NCBI RefSeq assembly: GCF_963921235.1
Contig: NC_086118.1
Span: 15,378,001 to 15,442,000 of the forward strand
Direction: 5' to 3'
Origin: Mobula hypostoma
Lineage: Eukaryota
Length of the DNA stretch: 64,000 nucleotides
The notes beneath the pieces were generated by a model that saw nothing but the letters and a program-made list of their open reading frames with translations, had not been told where the DNA came from and did not search any database. Below, piece by piece: positions 1 to 34,646 of this stretch (the first letter of the stretch is position 1; every line of letters begins with the position of its first letter). Made by a program: the position numbers and the translations under genes.

Positions 1-680
1 CCGTGGGGATGGACGTGTGGACCAGGGAGTCGCGGAGGGATCGATCCCTGCGGAAAGCGGAGAGGGTTGGAGAGGGAAAGATGTGCTTAGTGGTGGGGTC
101 CTGCTGAAGGTGGCGGAAGTTGTGGAGGATAATGTGCTGGATCCGGAGGCTGGTGGGGTGGTAGGTGAGGACAAGGGGAACTCTGTCCCTGTTGTGGTGG
201 CGGGAGGATGGGGTGAGAGCCGAAGTATGGGAAATGGAGGAGATGCGGATGAGGGCTTCATTGATGACAGCAGAAGGGAAACCACGATCCTTAAAGAAAG
301 AGGACATTTGAGATATCCTGGAACGGAAAACCTCATCCTCGGAGCAGATGTGGCGGAGACGGAGGAACTGGGAATAGGGAATGGCATTTTTGCATGTGGC
401 GGGGTGGGAAGAGGTATAGTCAAGGTAGTTATGAGAGTCAGTGGGCTTGCAGAAGATGTCAGTGGACAGTCTGTCTCCAGAGATGGAGACCGAGAGATCG
501 AGAAAGGGGAGAGAAGTGTCCGAGATAGACCAAGTGAATTTGAGAGCTGAGTGGAAGTTAGAAGTAAAGTCGATGAAATTGACGAGCTCAGCATGAGCGC
601 AGGAAGCAGCACCAATGTAGTCATCAATGTAACGCAGGAGAAGTTGGGGAGCAGTATCAGAATAGGTTTGGAGGTCTAAC
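1..680 (-). mobile_element. Penelope-like retroelement fragment (RT C-terminal part), in MYH intron 4
   Basis: Minus strand reads LRYIDDYIGAASC ... PLSAFRRDRSLRDSLVHTS; homologous to the copy at 53.2-54.8 kb. Confidence 0.85.
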
Positions 681-794
681 ATGACGCGGTCTCTCCAATT
701 TTTGGTCACATACATATTCATTGAAGTAAACTTACTTGCGCCCTCCGTTGAATGGAATTTCACAACAAACTACAATAGAGGATTTATGAAGCAA

Positions 795-950
795 AAAAAA
801 AACGCTGGAGGAACTAGACGAGTCAATTATCATTTGTCGGGAAAAGCCGACATTTCTGCATTCGGGCTTCGACTTGAAACATCGACTGTTCTTTTGCCTC
901 CATAAGTTCCGATTGACATGTAGACCTCCAGCAGTATTTTTTTCGTTCAA
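795..950. mobile_element. Degenerate Penelope-terminal-repeat fold-back element
   Basis: gctggaggaact...gaaacatcgactg...cctccagc, loosely matches the family at 2747 and 34647. Confidence 0.5.
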
Positions 951-1214
951 TTCCAAAAACTGCAGTTTGTTGGATCTCGTTATTTATAGCGTTACAGCAA
1001 ATACGACATTGTTCTTGCTTTATTTACGAAGCCAAGTACTGCATATATTTTGATTTTAGATAAATGCCTTTTTATCACATTTTCTAGAACATAGATGGGA
1101 AAGATTGAGTAGATCAAGTACATATTGGCTCCTAGAATAATCCCATTCCTAGTTATTTTACAGTTACATATTCTCCTCTCTAAACACATCAATCTTCTGC
1201 GATTCTCTGGACAC

Positions 1215-1395
1215 CCAACTACACCAAGGGCCATTTACCTGGAAAATTGCCAACACATACTTGAGCTGTAGAATGAAACTGTAGTATTTGGTGAACTCCA
1301 TTAAGTCATGTGGAGAATTTTCAAACTCCAGAAACAGCATTCAGGATCATTATTGAACCCTGAGACTGGGACACAATAATGCCACCAGTTATGCC
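1215..1395 (-). mobile_element. Old V-SINE/HE1-like SINE remnant
   Basis: Reverse complement resembles the V-SINE core (gggttc...tggagtttg...ttctcc...gtttc); heavily diverged. Confidence 0.5.
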
Positions 1396-1457
1396 TGCTT
1401 CTCTGAGACAACGAAAAGCATTGTTCTTGCAAATTCTTTAAATTTAAGGAAAAATGA

Positions 1458-22491
<21,034 letters not shown>

Positions 22492-22584
22492 AAGGCAAGA
22501 TGAAATGGTCCAAAGAAGAAATCCACAAAATGTGTATTTCTCTGTAACATACAGTAGTTTTATAAATTATGTGATAACTAAAGA

Positions 22585-22590
22585 AATAAA
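22585..22590 (+). terminator. Polyadenylation signal of the MYH gene
   Basis: AATAAA about 95 nt after the stop, followed by T/GT-rich sequence. Confidence 0.8.
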
Positions 22591-23439
22591 AGTGCAACAC
22601 TGAAAAATCATTTTTCTTGTCAATTTGCCTTTGTTGGATGATTCAATAATTATAGAAGCATAAAACAAACAGAAATTAGTTTTATTGCAATCATAAATAT
22701 TGGTGAGTATAGAATGGGAATATTAGAATTAGTCACACCTTCAGAAATAAGTGAAAATCAAAAAGAAAATGAAGATGCTGGAAGCTAAAAACAAATAGAA
22801 AATGCTGAAAGCACTCAACAATTCAGGCCAAATCTGTGGAAGAAGAAAGAGTTATTTCCTCAACCTGAAGAATTAATTCAGTTTTTCTTCCCATCTTTTC
22901 TATCTTCTGTTTATATTATACCTCCATCAGAACATTTGAAGGGAAATTTGTCTGTAAAATATGTTGGTCAAAACTGTGATACCTAGGTGAATTTGTGTTC
23001 TTGGCCCAATTAACTATTTTCCCTTGAGCTGCAGGTGTCTCTTTTACCACCCACCCTGCCATCAATAGTTTGTATTTGAAGTGGCCATGTGCAGAGTCAC
23101 TGACCTTGCCTGCAATTGCCATAAGTACACTTCCTGAAACAGGACTGGTTGGGAAGGGCACCAGGAGAGTGATTATGACAACTGTAAAGTCTTAGGTCCA
23201 TTTTATCTCCTGTTGGCACCACCAAAAACTCTTTTAAAATCACTTTATAGTAAAAAAGCCAACCTTTTCCTGGCAGCTTTTGTTCAGGCCACGGAGAGGA
23301 ACAACAGGAAAATCAGGGACAGAGGCAGGAAATTCAGAGTAATGGCTGAACTTTTACCTCAGTGTCACTCCCCTGTAATATCTTCATTAATAGTAAAAAT
23401 TAATATTGTCTTAAGCATACTCAGTAAATGAGCCATCAC

Positions 23440-23990
23440 TGCTTTCTCGTAAAGACATTCCTCATCTCAGATTTATCTGAGTCTTTATTTTTAGACTGAC
23501 TGATCTTACTTTGATACTCCAGCCAGGAGCTACAGCAATTCTGCATCTATCTTGTCAAGCCCTGTGAGAACGTCTTTGTTTAAATGAGATCAGCTCCCAT
23601 TCTTTTGAGATCGTATACCCAGTTAGTTTAATTTCAGATCAGAGAACAAACCTCGAAGCCAGAGGAATCAATCTGATGAACCTTCAATGTACTCACTCTC
23701 TCGAAACTTTATTCCTTCTTAGAATGAGAAACAAGAACAATGCACTACATTGTAGGTGTCGATTCAGTCTCCTTAATCTCTCTTCAGAGAACAAAGCTCT
23801 GAATCGCAGGAATAAATCCAATGAACCTTCAATGTACCCATACTCTCAAATGTATATTCCTTCTCAGAACGAGAACCAAGAGTAGTGGACCATATCGGTG
23901 TGGTCTCACCAGGGATTAATATGATTGCAGTAATACTTTTTTACACTTACATTCAAATTCTCCTGCACTAAAGGCACATATTCCATTTGT
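23440..23990 (-). mobile_element. Old CR1 fragment with internal ~145-bp tandem duplication
   Basis: agagaacaaa...atgaaccttcaatgtac at both ~23641 and ~23786. Confidence 0.6.
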
Positions 23991-25084
23991 CTTCCACAAT
24001 ACTACTTCAAAGCCCCAAATTATGCACTGTTCCCATTTCAAGAAGCTATCTTAATTATGGCTTCAGAACATTATGATTTGGAATTCAAACATTTGGTGAA
24101 GAATATATAAGATTTTATTTCTTTTTTACTGTTTAACTGGCTCAAGGCTGACATGTTATTAAAGTTATTACATAATCTCTGAAGATCTCTTTAGTTGTAA
24201 ATTAGAACAATCTTAATATTGATTTGACAATAAGTTAAAAAATCTAATAGACAAAAATAATCATTTTGCACAAAAGGGTTTTTTGATTACCTTATACCCT
24301 TTTATTCTCATTTAATTTTTAATGTCTGATGTAATTGCTAGTTTTACCTCTACTTGGGCTGACTGTATTTTATTTGTCTTAGTTGCCATCTTTGCACTTA
24401 AAGACCATCAACCATGACCTGAGAAACAAACCTGAAAAAATGATCTATTTTCAGATAATAAAATGAGAGCTTTGTTTCAGTATATTATAGATATTTTATT
24501 TTTATAGAAACAACAATAGATGATTCTTTCGAGTTATAAAAATGTTTACACTAATAACTTTGAACTGTTTTATTGAGCTAGTTATTTCCAATTTCTGGGA
24601 AGACTTAATTATTCAAATAGAAAGAACATTTTCAATAAATGTTCTGAGTTTAACTTGTTTGTTCAGATAATTCTACTTCATTGGATTACATTGTCAATAT
24701 GAATTAAACAGATTGGGAACAGAATACAGATTGACTTTGGAAAGAAGGAGCTGCACTGGTATGAAGAAAGTAGGATAAAAGAGTAACTTGCATTGATATG
24801 GTACTACATTGATTGCAGGATATCCCACACACTTTACTACTGATTTGAAATGTTAGTACAGTACTTGAAAAGTGCAGTGATGCATGGGCAGAGAGGCAGA
24901 AAATCTAACAGTTCCATTTATGCCCAGTAATAATGTACAAAAAGTGACATAATGGCCAAATTATTTTTCATAACATAATTAATTCAGTGAAAAATATTAA
25001 CTAGAGAAATATTCTCCTCCTCTTACTGGAATTAGCATCCACCATGATAACAGACAAGGATTTGATCTAAACTATTGTCACTGC

Positions 25085-25270
25085 AGCAACACACACATAA
25101 TGGTAGCGAAACCCAGCATGACAGGTAGCATCTATGGGAAAAAGTACAGCCAACGTTTCAAGCCGAAACCCTTCGACAGTACTTTTTCTATAGATGCTGC
25201 CTGGCCTGCTAAGTTCCTCCAGCATTTTCTGTATGTTGCTCAGATTTCCAGCATCTCCAAATTTTCTCTT
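25085..25270. mobile_element. Diverged fold-back Penelope-derived element
   Basis: agcatctat...aaagtac / gtactttt...atagatgctg inverted arms; tail tttccagcatct. Confidence 0.75.
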
Positions 25271-26669
25271 GCTTATTGTCATTGCAACACTTCATCAGAA
25301 ATAGCTCCCCAAAATACCAAAGAGAATTGGGTAGGTAATTAATCTGTGATTGTTCACTGGGTTGCTGACAACATATTACATTGATAATGGATTGATTTTT
25401 GCTTGTCGTCTGCCCTCCTTAATGTCTGACTTTCTCAACAATCTGCATTTGATAACTATTGGGTTAGTGTCACAACTTCAATCCCACTGTAAAAAAATAA
25501 GATAATTAGAACCTACGAGCGCAGAATGTGTGAGTCCAGCAATTGTCTATCTCCTTATTCAACAAGAATCATCAATGAACAGTTTGAAGCACATACCAAG
25601 AAAAGTGGTTAAAATACTGACTCCAATGTCAAACCAATATAAGAAGGGAAAGAAAGGCAAGATAATAATTTAGATCATCAAAAAGGAATGAGAAATAAGC
25701 GAAATGATTTATGAATACTTCACAATTCTAAAGCTTGAGTAACTAGAATCCATTTACTTTCAGAGCTGGAATAAAATCCAACATGCTGTTATAATGCAGT
25801 GGACAAGCTTACCTTTTCTGGTACGCATTGAAAACTGGGGAAGCATTACAACTGCATGTTTACTTCACTGTTGAATCACGTTGAGTCACACCAATTTGGT
25901 CTGGTATCCTGGGCTGGAAAAATTGCCTGTGAATGCCCATACTTCAGCTTGGAAATCAAGAACTGAATATGCAGGAAATCTGCAATGAAACACCAAGTGC
26001 TGAAAATTCTCAGCAGGTTAGGCGACATTCTTGGATTCATTCTACTCACACATTTCAGAAACGTCCTGCAGGGGGCCATATAATGAAAAGAATCCACTGC
26101 GGTAAACTATTCTAAATCAATGGATGTTTTTTGGTGAATTGCTACTTTGATTTTTTTTTGGCAGACAGAAAGTGCTGAAACCATGCAGCTATACTCTCTG
26201 TAATTTTCACTGAGGTTATAAAATTTGGTATAACTTGAATGCCAAGAACACGGTATGCTTGCGACTTCGGGAGTGGTGGACTCATAGATTTTCTGAACTA
26301 TTAGTTATTACTGCTATTAATACTGCAACGCATTTTAATAAGTTTTTGTAATTATTGTGCAGTGTATTATAATAAATTTCCCTATTAACCCAGGGAGATT
26401 AAAAGAAGTGCAGAACCCTGAACAGTTTAAAAAGAGCATTAAGATCCAGGGCTCTCAATAGTGGAAACAGCACAGCAGACATTAGCAGGTGAGCCAGCTG
26501 GCAAACCACTGGGATTTCAAAATGTCAGGTAGCAGCTCATCAGCTTACCCACATTTCTATAACATGTGCATAGTTGCACAATAGTTTAACAGAAGACTAC
26601 CTCATTAACACAAGATTTTAATTGAATAACCTCGAAACTAATTTAAATGTTAATTTGGTTCTGATAGAA

Positions 26670-27250
26670 GAACCAACAGAGGCTGCAATCTGGAGTGAAA
26701 AGCAAATTGCTGCAGGAGATCAAACAGCATCTGTGGAGGCAGAGGGACAGGAGCATCAAAACCCTCCAATAGCATTGAGTGAACCAATATAAATAAAGTG
26801 ATGGTGAAATCAGATGAGGCAGGTGGGAGAGGGTCGCTGGTGTGTGGCCAGGTGGGGGTAGATGGAAGCAGTTGGGGGAAGTGGAGGCTGGTGATAGAGA
26901 AAGGGGCTGCTTAGATAAGTGGAAAAACAAAAAGAAAACTGTAGATTTGGAAGTCTGATAAGTTGACACATTTCAGAGTTGTATTTTGATACATAGTTTG
27001 ATAATACAATGAACCTTTGAACTTTCAGAACCAAATAAAGGAGGCATAATGAAAGGATGAGGAGGGGTGGTGATGCAATGGAATGACACTGCATGAAGCC
27101 TGGGGAGAACCTGGGTGAACCAGAAGAGGGAGAGGAGCACAGGGGGGCGCAGTTTCCTTATATTTGGAAAAATCAATGTTCATACCATTGTTTTGCAGAC
27201 TACTCAGGCAGAAAAGCAAGTGGTGGTCTTGTTTGGTCTCAGCCTGGCAA
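26670..27250 (-). mobile_element. Old Penelope 3' region fragment
   Basis: Purine-rich mirror of 54440-54780 plus terminal-repeat remnant. Confidence 0.55.
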
Positions 27251-29269
27251 TGAAATTATACTAATACTGACACCAACACTATTAAGGCTCTTCGATCACA
27301 GAGAAATCGGCTCCGCACAGAGACAAATTTATCATACACTACCATGATCACGTATCACCGAAATTGACATGGGAGTTTGTGTACTTCATTTCTGACCGTT
27401 CTCCACGTGATAACAGGCTGCCTGACAAGCAGTCGGAAATGTTTAACTGAAACGCAGCGGTGTTTCACGCCGGACTCTGCATAATCAACATTTACGATCA
27501 AACTCAAAATATTAACTGATCTATTAATGTCTCTTTTCTCTTCACGTAACGCTAATTTGGCCACTCAACATCACTTACCTTGGTCGATTCTGCTGAATAA
27601 AGATTTGCTACACAAACTGTAATGAAAGAAGTGTCATGATTAGAAATGTCATTAAAGAATGATGCGACATAAGCCAATGCCTTACGAACCAGTTTCAGAT
27701 CGAGCATACATCTACAAAGGATACACAATAACTCTACTGCATGACAAACGCCGTGGAATATCTAAATAACAAATTCTCAATTAGTCAAATAATGATCACG
27801 TATTTATACCAGAATTAGAACCGGACGGTTGCGTGCTGGAAGCGGCCGATGGTTCATCTCACAACCTATATACACTGAATCATTTTGCCTACGCAGCAAG
27901 TCCGGTCCGTATTTGGCATTTGCAAAGTGCCACGAACATTTGTGGTTCTCAGATTAATTCCTGTTTTCTCCCATCAGGATAAAATTAGAGAAGCAGTGTC
28001 AATAGTTTTGTGTGAAACTTCAGAGCCGTTAAACTATACCATCACATGGTCCCAGAGCTGACCAAGCAGAGCAATCGCGCGCCAACTTTTTTACAGTCCA
28101 CTGTCAAATAAAATTGTTAATTTAAATATTCTCGCTAAAACGAAGCATAAATAAAATTCCCACAAATAATATATTAGTGCTCAGTAATTTAATACTGTAG
28201 ATCTAAAAGCAAGCCGGGATAATGGAATATATTTACAATACATGCACTTCACTTTTTGTAATGGAAAGAAGAGATTTGATTCCTGCCGTCCAATGTCATC
28301 GCGATTAAATGCAGAAATTATCGTTTTTCACGAGTCTTGGCCGAACTCCCAAAAAATCGTATTCCGATTTTATTTCATTCTTCTAATAAGAACAGATTGT
28401 GGCGAAAAAAAATAAAGTCCTTTAATGGAAATTAACTTTTGTAAGATAAACTGCTCATTTTGTCTGATAGTTTCCGAATGTCAGCAAATCCTTAATTATG
28501 ATAAACCGTTCGATAGAGAGTGGGAAAAGTGCGTATTATACAAGCTATATTGATTTTCAACCTTGTTAAAATAAAAAAAAATGGGAACGAGAGAATCATT
28601 AAATTAAATAAAAATTCAGGTACAGATCGCGGGCGGGGGTGGGGGGGGGCAGTTGAAGGAATGCATTCATTCAGCAACCAGTGATTCCTAAATTAGAGAA
28701 CAACTTGTGTATTTTATCCTAGTTCACACTTCCACGCCTGGTTGGTTATTTATTCGGATGGGCACCGCAAAAATGTTGTAGGAACTAAATATGGGAGAAA
28801 CAGCTGCTCCAATATCTCTCTGGCTTCAAATTCCTGTCACTTTCCATGACACAGATTTGAATTGAGATTATGTGAATCTGTGAAGTTTACCTTGCTTCAG
28901 GTCTGGCGTTAAGCCAGAGGCAGAGACCTAGCAAACACTTGTCTGGTAAACCCATTAACGTTTCCGCAAACGAACTGAACTTTGGGCAGTTTTATTCATC
29001 GATATGCTTAAATTCTAAGAAGCAAAATGAGTGTTCTCTTTAAAATTAAGATTCACATTTCCAAGTGTTCTATTGACAATCATGTTTTCTTTGATATTAA
29101 CTTTCTTGTAAAACAAGGACCTGAATAGGACTACAACTCTAATATCAATCTGCACCTGAAATTACATGCACTGAAGTGAAAATAATTATAATTATAAAAT
29201 AACCATAATTATTCATTTCCAATGTTCAGTGAAAGATCCAAGGGGCACGTGCACACACATAATGCAAAC

Positions 29270-30920
29270 AAGAAAACAGTAGGAGACCATTCAGCCCATC
29301 ATACTTACCCACTATTCAAAATGATGACTGATGCCACAGGTTTCTTCTCCACTTCTGTTCCAAGACCACATATGCCCATTTCTGTGACCTTTCACAAAAG
29401 GCATCTATCTACTTCGTAAATATCCCCAAAGATGTGTGTCCTCAACGCTCTGGGACAGAAAATTCCAAAGAACCACCATCCCTGCAGGAAGGAATTGCAT
29501 TGCACCTCCGTTTTAAACGACTATCCCTTTGTCCTGTAATTGTGTCCTCGTTTGAAACTCTTCACTGGTGGATAAATTTCAAAATCTATTTTCAATGTCC
29601 CTTAAAGATCTTAACTGCTGCAGTAAGACTATCCTTTGCTTGTCTAAACTCAAAAGAAAACAAGCCAAACTTTTCCTTTTTTAGCGATTTTTGGAAGTAT
29701 AACCTTGCCATTCAGGAATTGGCTTTGTAAATCATTTTGGGACCATCTCCAGTGTTGTTATGTCCTTACTTCAATAAGAGGATTAAATCTATACACACAG
29801 CATTGTAAGTTTGATTCACCAACACTCTGTACAATTGTAATGATACTTCTCTAATTCCTAAATTAAAACTTTTGAAACAAGGGCCAAAGTGCTACTTTCC
29901 ATAATTACTTGTTGCACCTACATGTCAAGTTTCCATGTTCCATGCACAGGGCATTTTGATCCTTCTGTATCTCACACTCTGCTTGTTATAGTCTTGAGGA
30001 GCACCAATGAATTTGCAAAACATGATTTCATAAAACCATGCTTGAAGGCATTAAGCTTTACAAAATGACAAACATTTTCCTCTGTGATTATAGACATTTA
30101 GATTATAGCATCTTCCCGATTTGAGACATTAAGTGCATAGATCCATCTTTTGTCTTCATCCTTTCACATTTTCCACTGGTACTCTCCCAAAACTCAGGGG
30201 ACTTAAGATACCTGATGTTTCTTCTGTCACTTCAGTAACTTCTTTTAAAATCAATGTAAGTGGGCCATTAGGTTGGTTTCTCCGTCCTTTTTGAAACTAA
30301 GCCAATGTGGTTTTCTTGGAATATTTTAAGTATCTACAGTGAAGAAATGTGTAAAATAATGGCTTAAATTATATGCCATTTTCTTGTTACTGACCATTAG
30401 ATCCCCGTTCTCACCCTCTAGAATCCCCAAACTACCTTAGCTACCCTTTTCCATATTCATTGAAGCCTTTGGTGTTGGTTTCGTGATTACTTGTTAGGTT
30501 ACTCTCACAATGAAATTTCACCTTCCTTATTAGATTTTTCTAGTCTAACACTACTTGCTACTGAATAATTCTGAATCCTTTGGTTTTCCAAATTAATTTT
30601 GCTGCTTTGATTCTTTTTTTTATAAAAATATTACTTTTGTTTTCCTACATTATTAAACAGGTGGTTTTTTTCCTCACTGATTCCCTCTATCTGAAAATTT
30701 CTGCTGAGCATTGTGAAACAGATGCATAAATATCTACCATTGTACATCCACTGACCTGCCCATTGACCTGTTGTCACAGTCCACTCTGAACTATTTTGCT
30801 TGCACACCTTTCAAGCTGACCTTATTTTGTAAAGCACAAAGCTTTTGGAAGCAAAATGCTTCTCCTTAAACTGCATCTGGAATGCTACCTTGTTGTGGAC
30901 ACCCCTCCCCATCGTACCCT
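29270..30920 (-). mobile_element. Highly decayed CR1 LINE
   Basis: Residual CR1 3' UTR and ORF2-like segments; boundaries approximate. Confidence 0.6.
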
Positions 30921-31001
30921 TAGCTACAAAATTAAGACAATAAGACATAGGAGACCATTTAGGTTATTTAACCTATCAGGACTGCTTGGCCATTAAGCCC
31001 T

Positions 31002-32400
31002 TAAGACCATAAGACATAGGAGCAGAATTAGGCCATCTGGCCCATCAAGTCTGCTCCACCATTCAATAATGGCTGATCCTTTTTTTTCTCGTCCTCAACC
31101 TCATTTCCCAGCCTTTTCCCCATAATCTTTGATTATGAACCTATCAATCTCTGCTTTAAATACACCAAACGACAGGTGCACATGGCAACAAATTCGACAA
31201 ATTCACCATCCACTGGCTAAAGAAATTTCTCCACATCTCTGTTTTGAAAGAGCGCTCCTCTATCCTCAGGCTGGGTCCTCTTGTCCTAGATTCTCCTGCC
31301 ATGGGAAACATCCTTTTCACATCTACAATGGCTAGGCCTTTAAACATTCGAAAGGTTTTAATGAGATTCCCCCCTCATCCTTCTGAATCCCAACAAGTAC
31401 AGGCGTAGAGCCATTAAACGTTCCTCGTATGATAACCCTTTCATTCCTGGAATCATCCTTGTGAACCTCCTCTGGACCCTTTCCAATGCAAGCACATCTT
31501 TTCTCAGACGAGGTGCTCAAAACTGTTAATACTCAAGGGTGAGGCCTCACCAGTACCTTTTAAAGCCTCAGCATCACATCATTTCTCTTGAATTCTAGAC
31601 CTCTTGAAATGAATGCTAACATGGCATTTGCCTTTCTCACCACTGACTCAACCTGCAAGTTAATATTTAGGGTGATCTGCACAAGGACTCCCAAGTCCCT
31701 TTGTTCCTCAGATGTTTGGATTTTCTTCCCATTTAGAAAATAGTCTGCACGTTTATTTCTACTACCAAAGAGCATGATCATGCATTTTCCAAGATTGTAT
31801 TTCATCTGCCACTTTCTTGCCCAATCTCCTAATCTGTCTAAGACTTTCTGCATGCTACCTGTTTCCTCAACTTTACCTGCTCCTCCACCAATCTCTGTAT
31901 CATCTGCAAACTTGGCAACAAAGCTATCTATTCCATCATCTAAATCATTTATATAAAGCATAAATAGAAGTGGTCCCAATACTGAACCCTGCAGAACATC
32001 ACTAGTCACTGGCAGCCAACCTGAAAAGGATCCTTTTATTCCATCTCTCTGCCTCCTACCAATCAGACAATGCTCTAAACATGTTAGTAACTTTCTTGTA
32101 ATACCACGGGCTCTTAACTTGGTAAGCAGCCTCATGTGTGGCACCTTGTCAAAGGCCTTCTGAAAGTCCAAATATACAACATCTACTGCATCCCCTTTAT
32201 CTATCCTACTTGTAATCTCCTCAAAGAATTCCAACAGGTTTGTCAGGCAGGATCTTCCCTGAAGGAAATCATGCTGACTTTGTACTATCTTCTTCTGAAT
32301 CACCAAGTGCTCCATCACCTCATGCTTAACAATTGACTCCAGTATCTTCCCAACCACTGAGGTCAGGCTAACTGATCTGTGATTTCCTTTCTGCTGCCTT
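31002..32400 (-). mobile_element. CR1 LINE (RT to 3' end), nested in an older CR1
   Basis: ORF 31560-32429: SLTSVVGKILE, YLDFQKAFDKVPH, QGSVLGPLLF, KFADDT. Confidence 0.93.
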
Positions 32401-34180
32401 GGCTGATTTATTTTCCCCCTCAACCCCATTCTCTTGCCTTCTCCCCATAACCTTTGACACCCTTACTAAACAAGAACCTGTGAACTTCCACTCCAAATAG
32501 ACCTAAGCACTTGGCCTCCAGTCTTCTGTGGCATTGAATTCCATAGATTCACCACTTTCTGGCTAAATACTGTAAATTCCTCCTCATCCTTTCTAAAGGG
32601 ATATCCTTCCATTCTGTGCTCTGACCTCTGGTTCCAGACCCTCCCAATATTGGAAACATTCTCTCCACATCTACTTTCCTAGGCCTTTCAATATTTGATA
32701 AGTTTGAATGAGATGCTAACATTGCATTGCCACCCTTACCACAGACTCAATCTGAAAGTTAACCTTTAGAAAATCCAGCATAGGACTATTTGCAACTCTG
32801 ATTTATGAATACACAACCCTTTTAGAAATTTGTTTACATCTTTATTCCTTCTACCAAAGTGCATGACCATACACGTCTCCACACTGTATACTATATGCCA
32901 TTTCTTTCATCATTCTCTTAATCCATCCAAGTCCTTCTGCAGACTCCCTGCTTTTTCAACACCACTTGCCCCTTAACTCATCTTCGTATCATCTGCAAAC
33001 CTGGCCACAACACCATCAATTCCATCATCCAGATCATTAACATTCAACATGTAAAGTAGAGGACCAACAGACAACCCATGTGGAACACCACTGGTTACTG
33101 GCACTGTACCGTAAAAACACCCTTTATTCCAAGCCTTAGCCTTCTGTCAGTCAGCCAAACTTCTGTCCATGCCAGCTTTAGTCCTGTAATACCATGTCTC
33201 TTATCTTGTTTAGCACCACATGAGCAGTACCTTGTCAAAGGCCTTCTGAAAATTCAAGTAAACAAAATTCGCTGACTCTCCTTGTCTATCCTGCCTATTA
33301 TTTCTTCAATGAATTTCAACATGGTTGTCAGGCATGACTTCCCCTTCAGGAAACCATGCTGACTTTGACCTATTTTATTGTTTGTCTCCAGGTACCACAG
33401 ATCCCCATCACTAATGATGGAGTCCAACATCTTGTCAATTCATTGAAGTCTGGCTAAATGGCCGATAATTTAAAAGTTGCTGGTGAACGCAGCAGGCCAG
33501 GCAGCATCTATAGGAAGAGGTACAGTCGACGTTTTGAATGGTCTCAGCCCAAAACGTCGACTGTACCTCTTCCTATAGATGCTGCCAGGCCTGCTGCGTT
33601 CAGCAGCAACGTTTATGTGTGTTGCTTGAAATTCCAGCATCTGCAGATTTCCTCATGTGGCCAATAATTTCCTGTCTTTTTCTCCTTCCCTTGATTCTTG
33701 AAAGATACTAATGCCTCCATAATCTCTTCAGCTATCCCTTTTGGAAGCCTGAGGCATAGTCCATTTGGTCCAGGTTGACTTATGATCCTTCAGACCTTTC
33801 AGCTTCTCAACCACCTTCTCATTAGTAATGGTGACTGCACTCACCTGCCCCCCAAAAATCTCAAATTTCTATCATGCTGCTGATGTTTTCCCCGGTGAAG
33901 ACTGACACAAAATACTTAATTCAGTTCATCTGCTATTTGTTCTGATTACTACCTCTCCAGTAGTGATTTCAGCCATCCAATGTTCACTCTTATTTCACTT
34001 GTATTCTTTATATATCTGAAAAGTCTTTTGGTATCCTATTTTATATTATTAGCTAAATTACTTTCATATTTATCTTTTCTCTCATTGTTTTTTTTCGCTG
34101 CCTTCGATTTGTTTTTTACAGCTACCCAGTCCTCCAGCTTCCCATTAATATTGGCTATATTATAGACCCTCTATCTTGCT
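32400..34180 (-). mobile_element. Older CR1 LINE (its 3' tip lies at ~30933-31000)
   Basis: Decayed RT motifs; interrupted by the hairpin element at 33472. Confidence 0.85.
33472..33657. mobile_element. Fold-back Penelope-derived element inserted in CR1
   Basis: Long inverted arms; 13-bp TSD tggcc(g/a)ataattt at 33459-33471 and 33658-33670. Confidence 0.85.
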
Positions 34181-34646
34181 TTTACAGTAAAATATACAAA
34201 ATGCTGGAGGAACTATGCAGTGCAGACAGCATCCATTGAAATGAATAAATAGTCAACATTTTGGACTGAGGCCCTTCATCAGTATTGGAAAGGAAGGTGG
34301 AAGACTTTTTCTAAACATGACCACATGTGAAAAAAACATTTACAGGTTCTGTAACATATTATTCTTATAAAACATTTCTAATAGATTCCACGAATTCCTT
34401 TTTCAGATTCCCTTCCCAGTTTGATCTGTCAAATCAAAATGCAGATTTGATTCACTCATGATAATTGCAGTTCCCTTCTTTAGTGCTTTTGATATTTCCT
34501 ATTTATGCTTTGTCCTACCATGAGTCAATACTTTCGAGGCCTTCAGTTCACTTCTACTCATTTCTTCTTTTCCTTGCTAATCTGCATCAATATCACTGCC
34601 AGTCACTGTACTAATGCCTTCCTAGATCCATGTTACCTAGTTTCCG

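Noticed and set aside
17..550. 177-aa + strand ORF
   Set aside because: Antisense shadow of the Penelope RT region.
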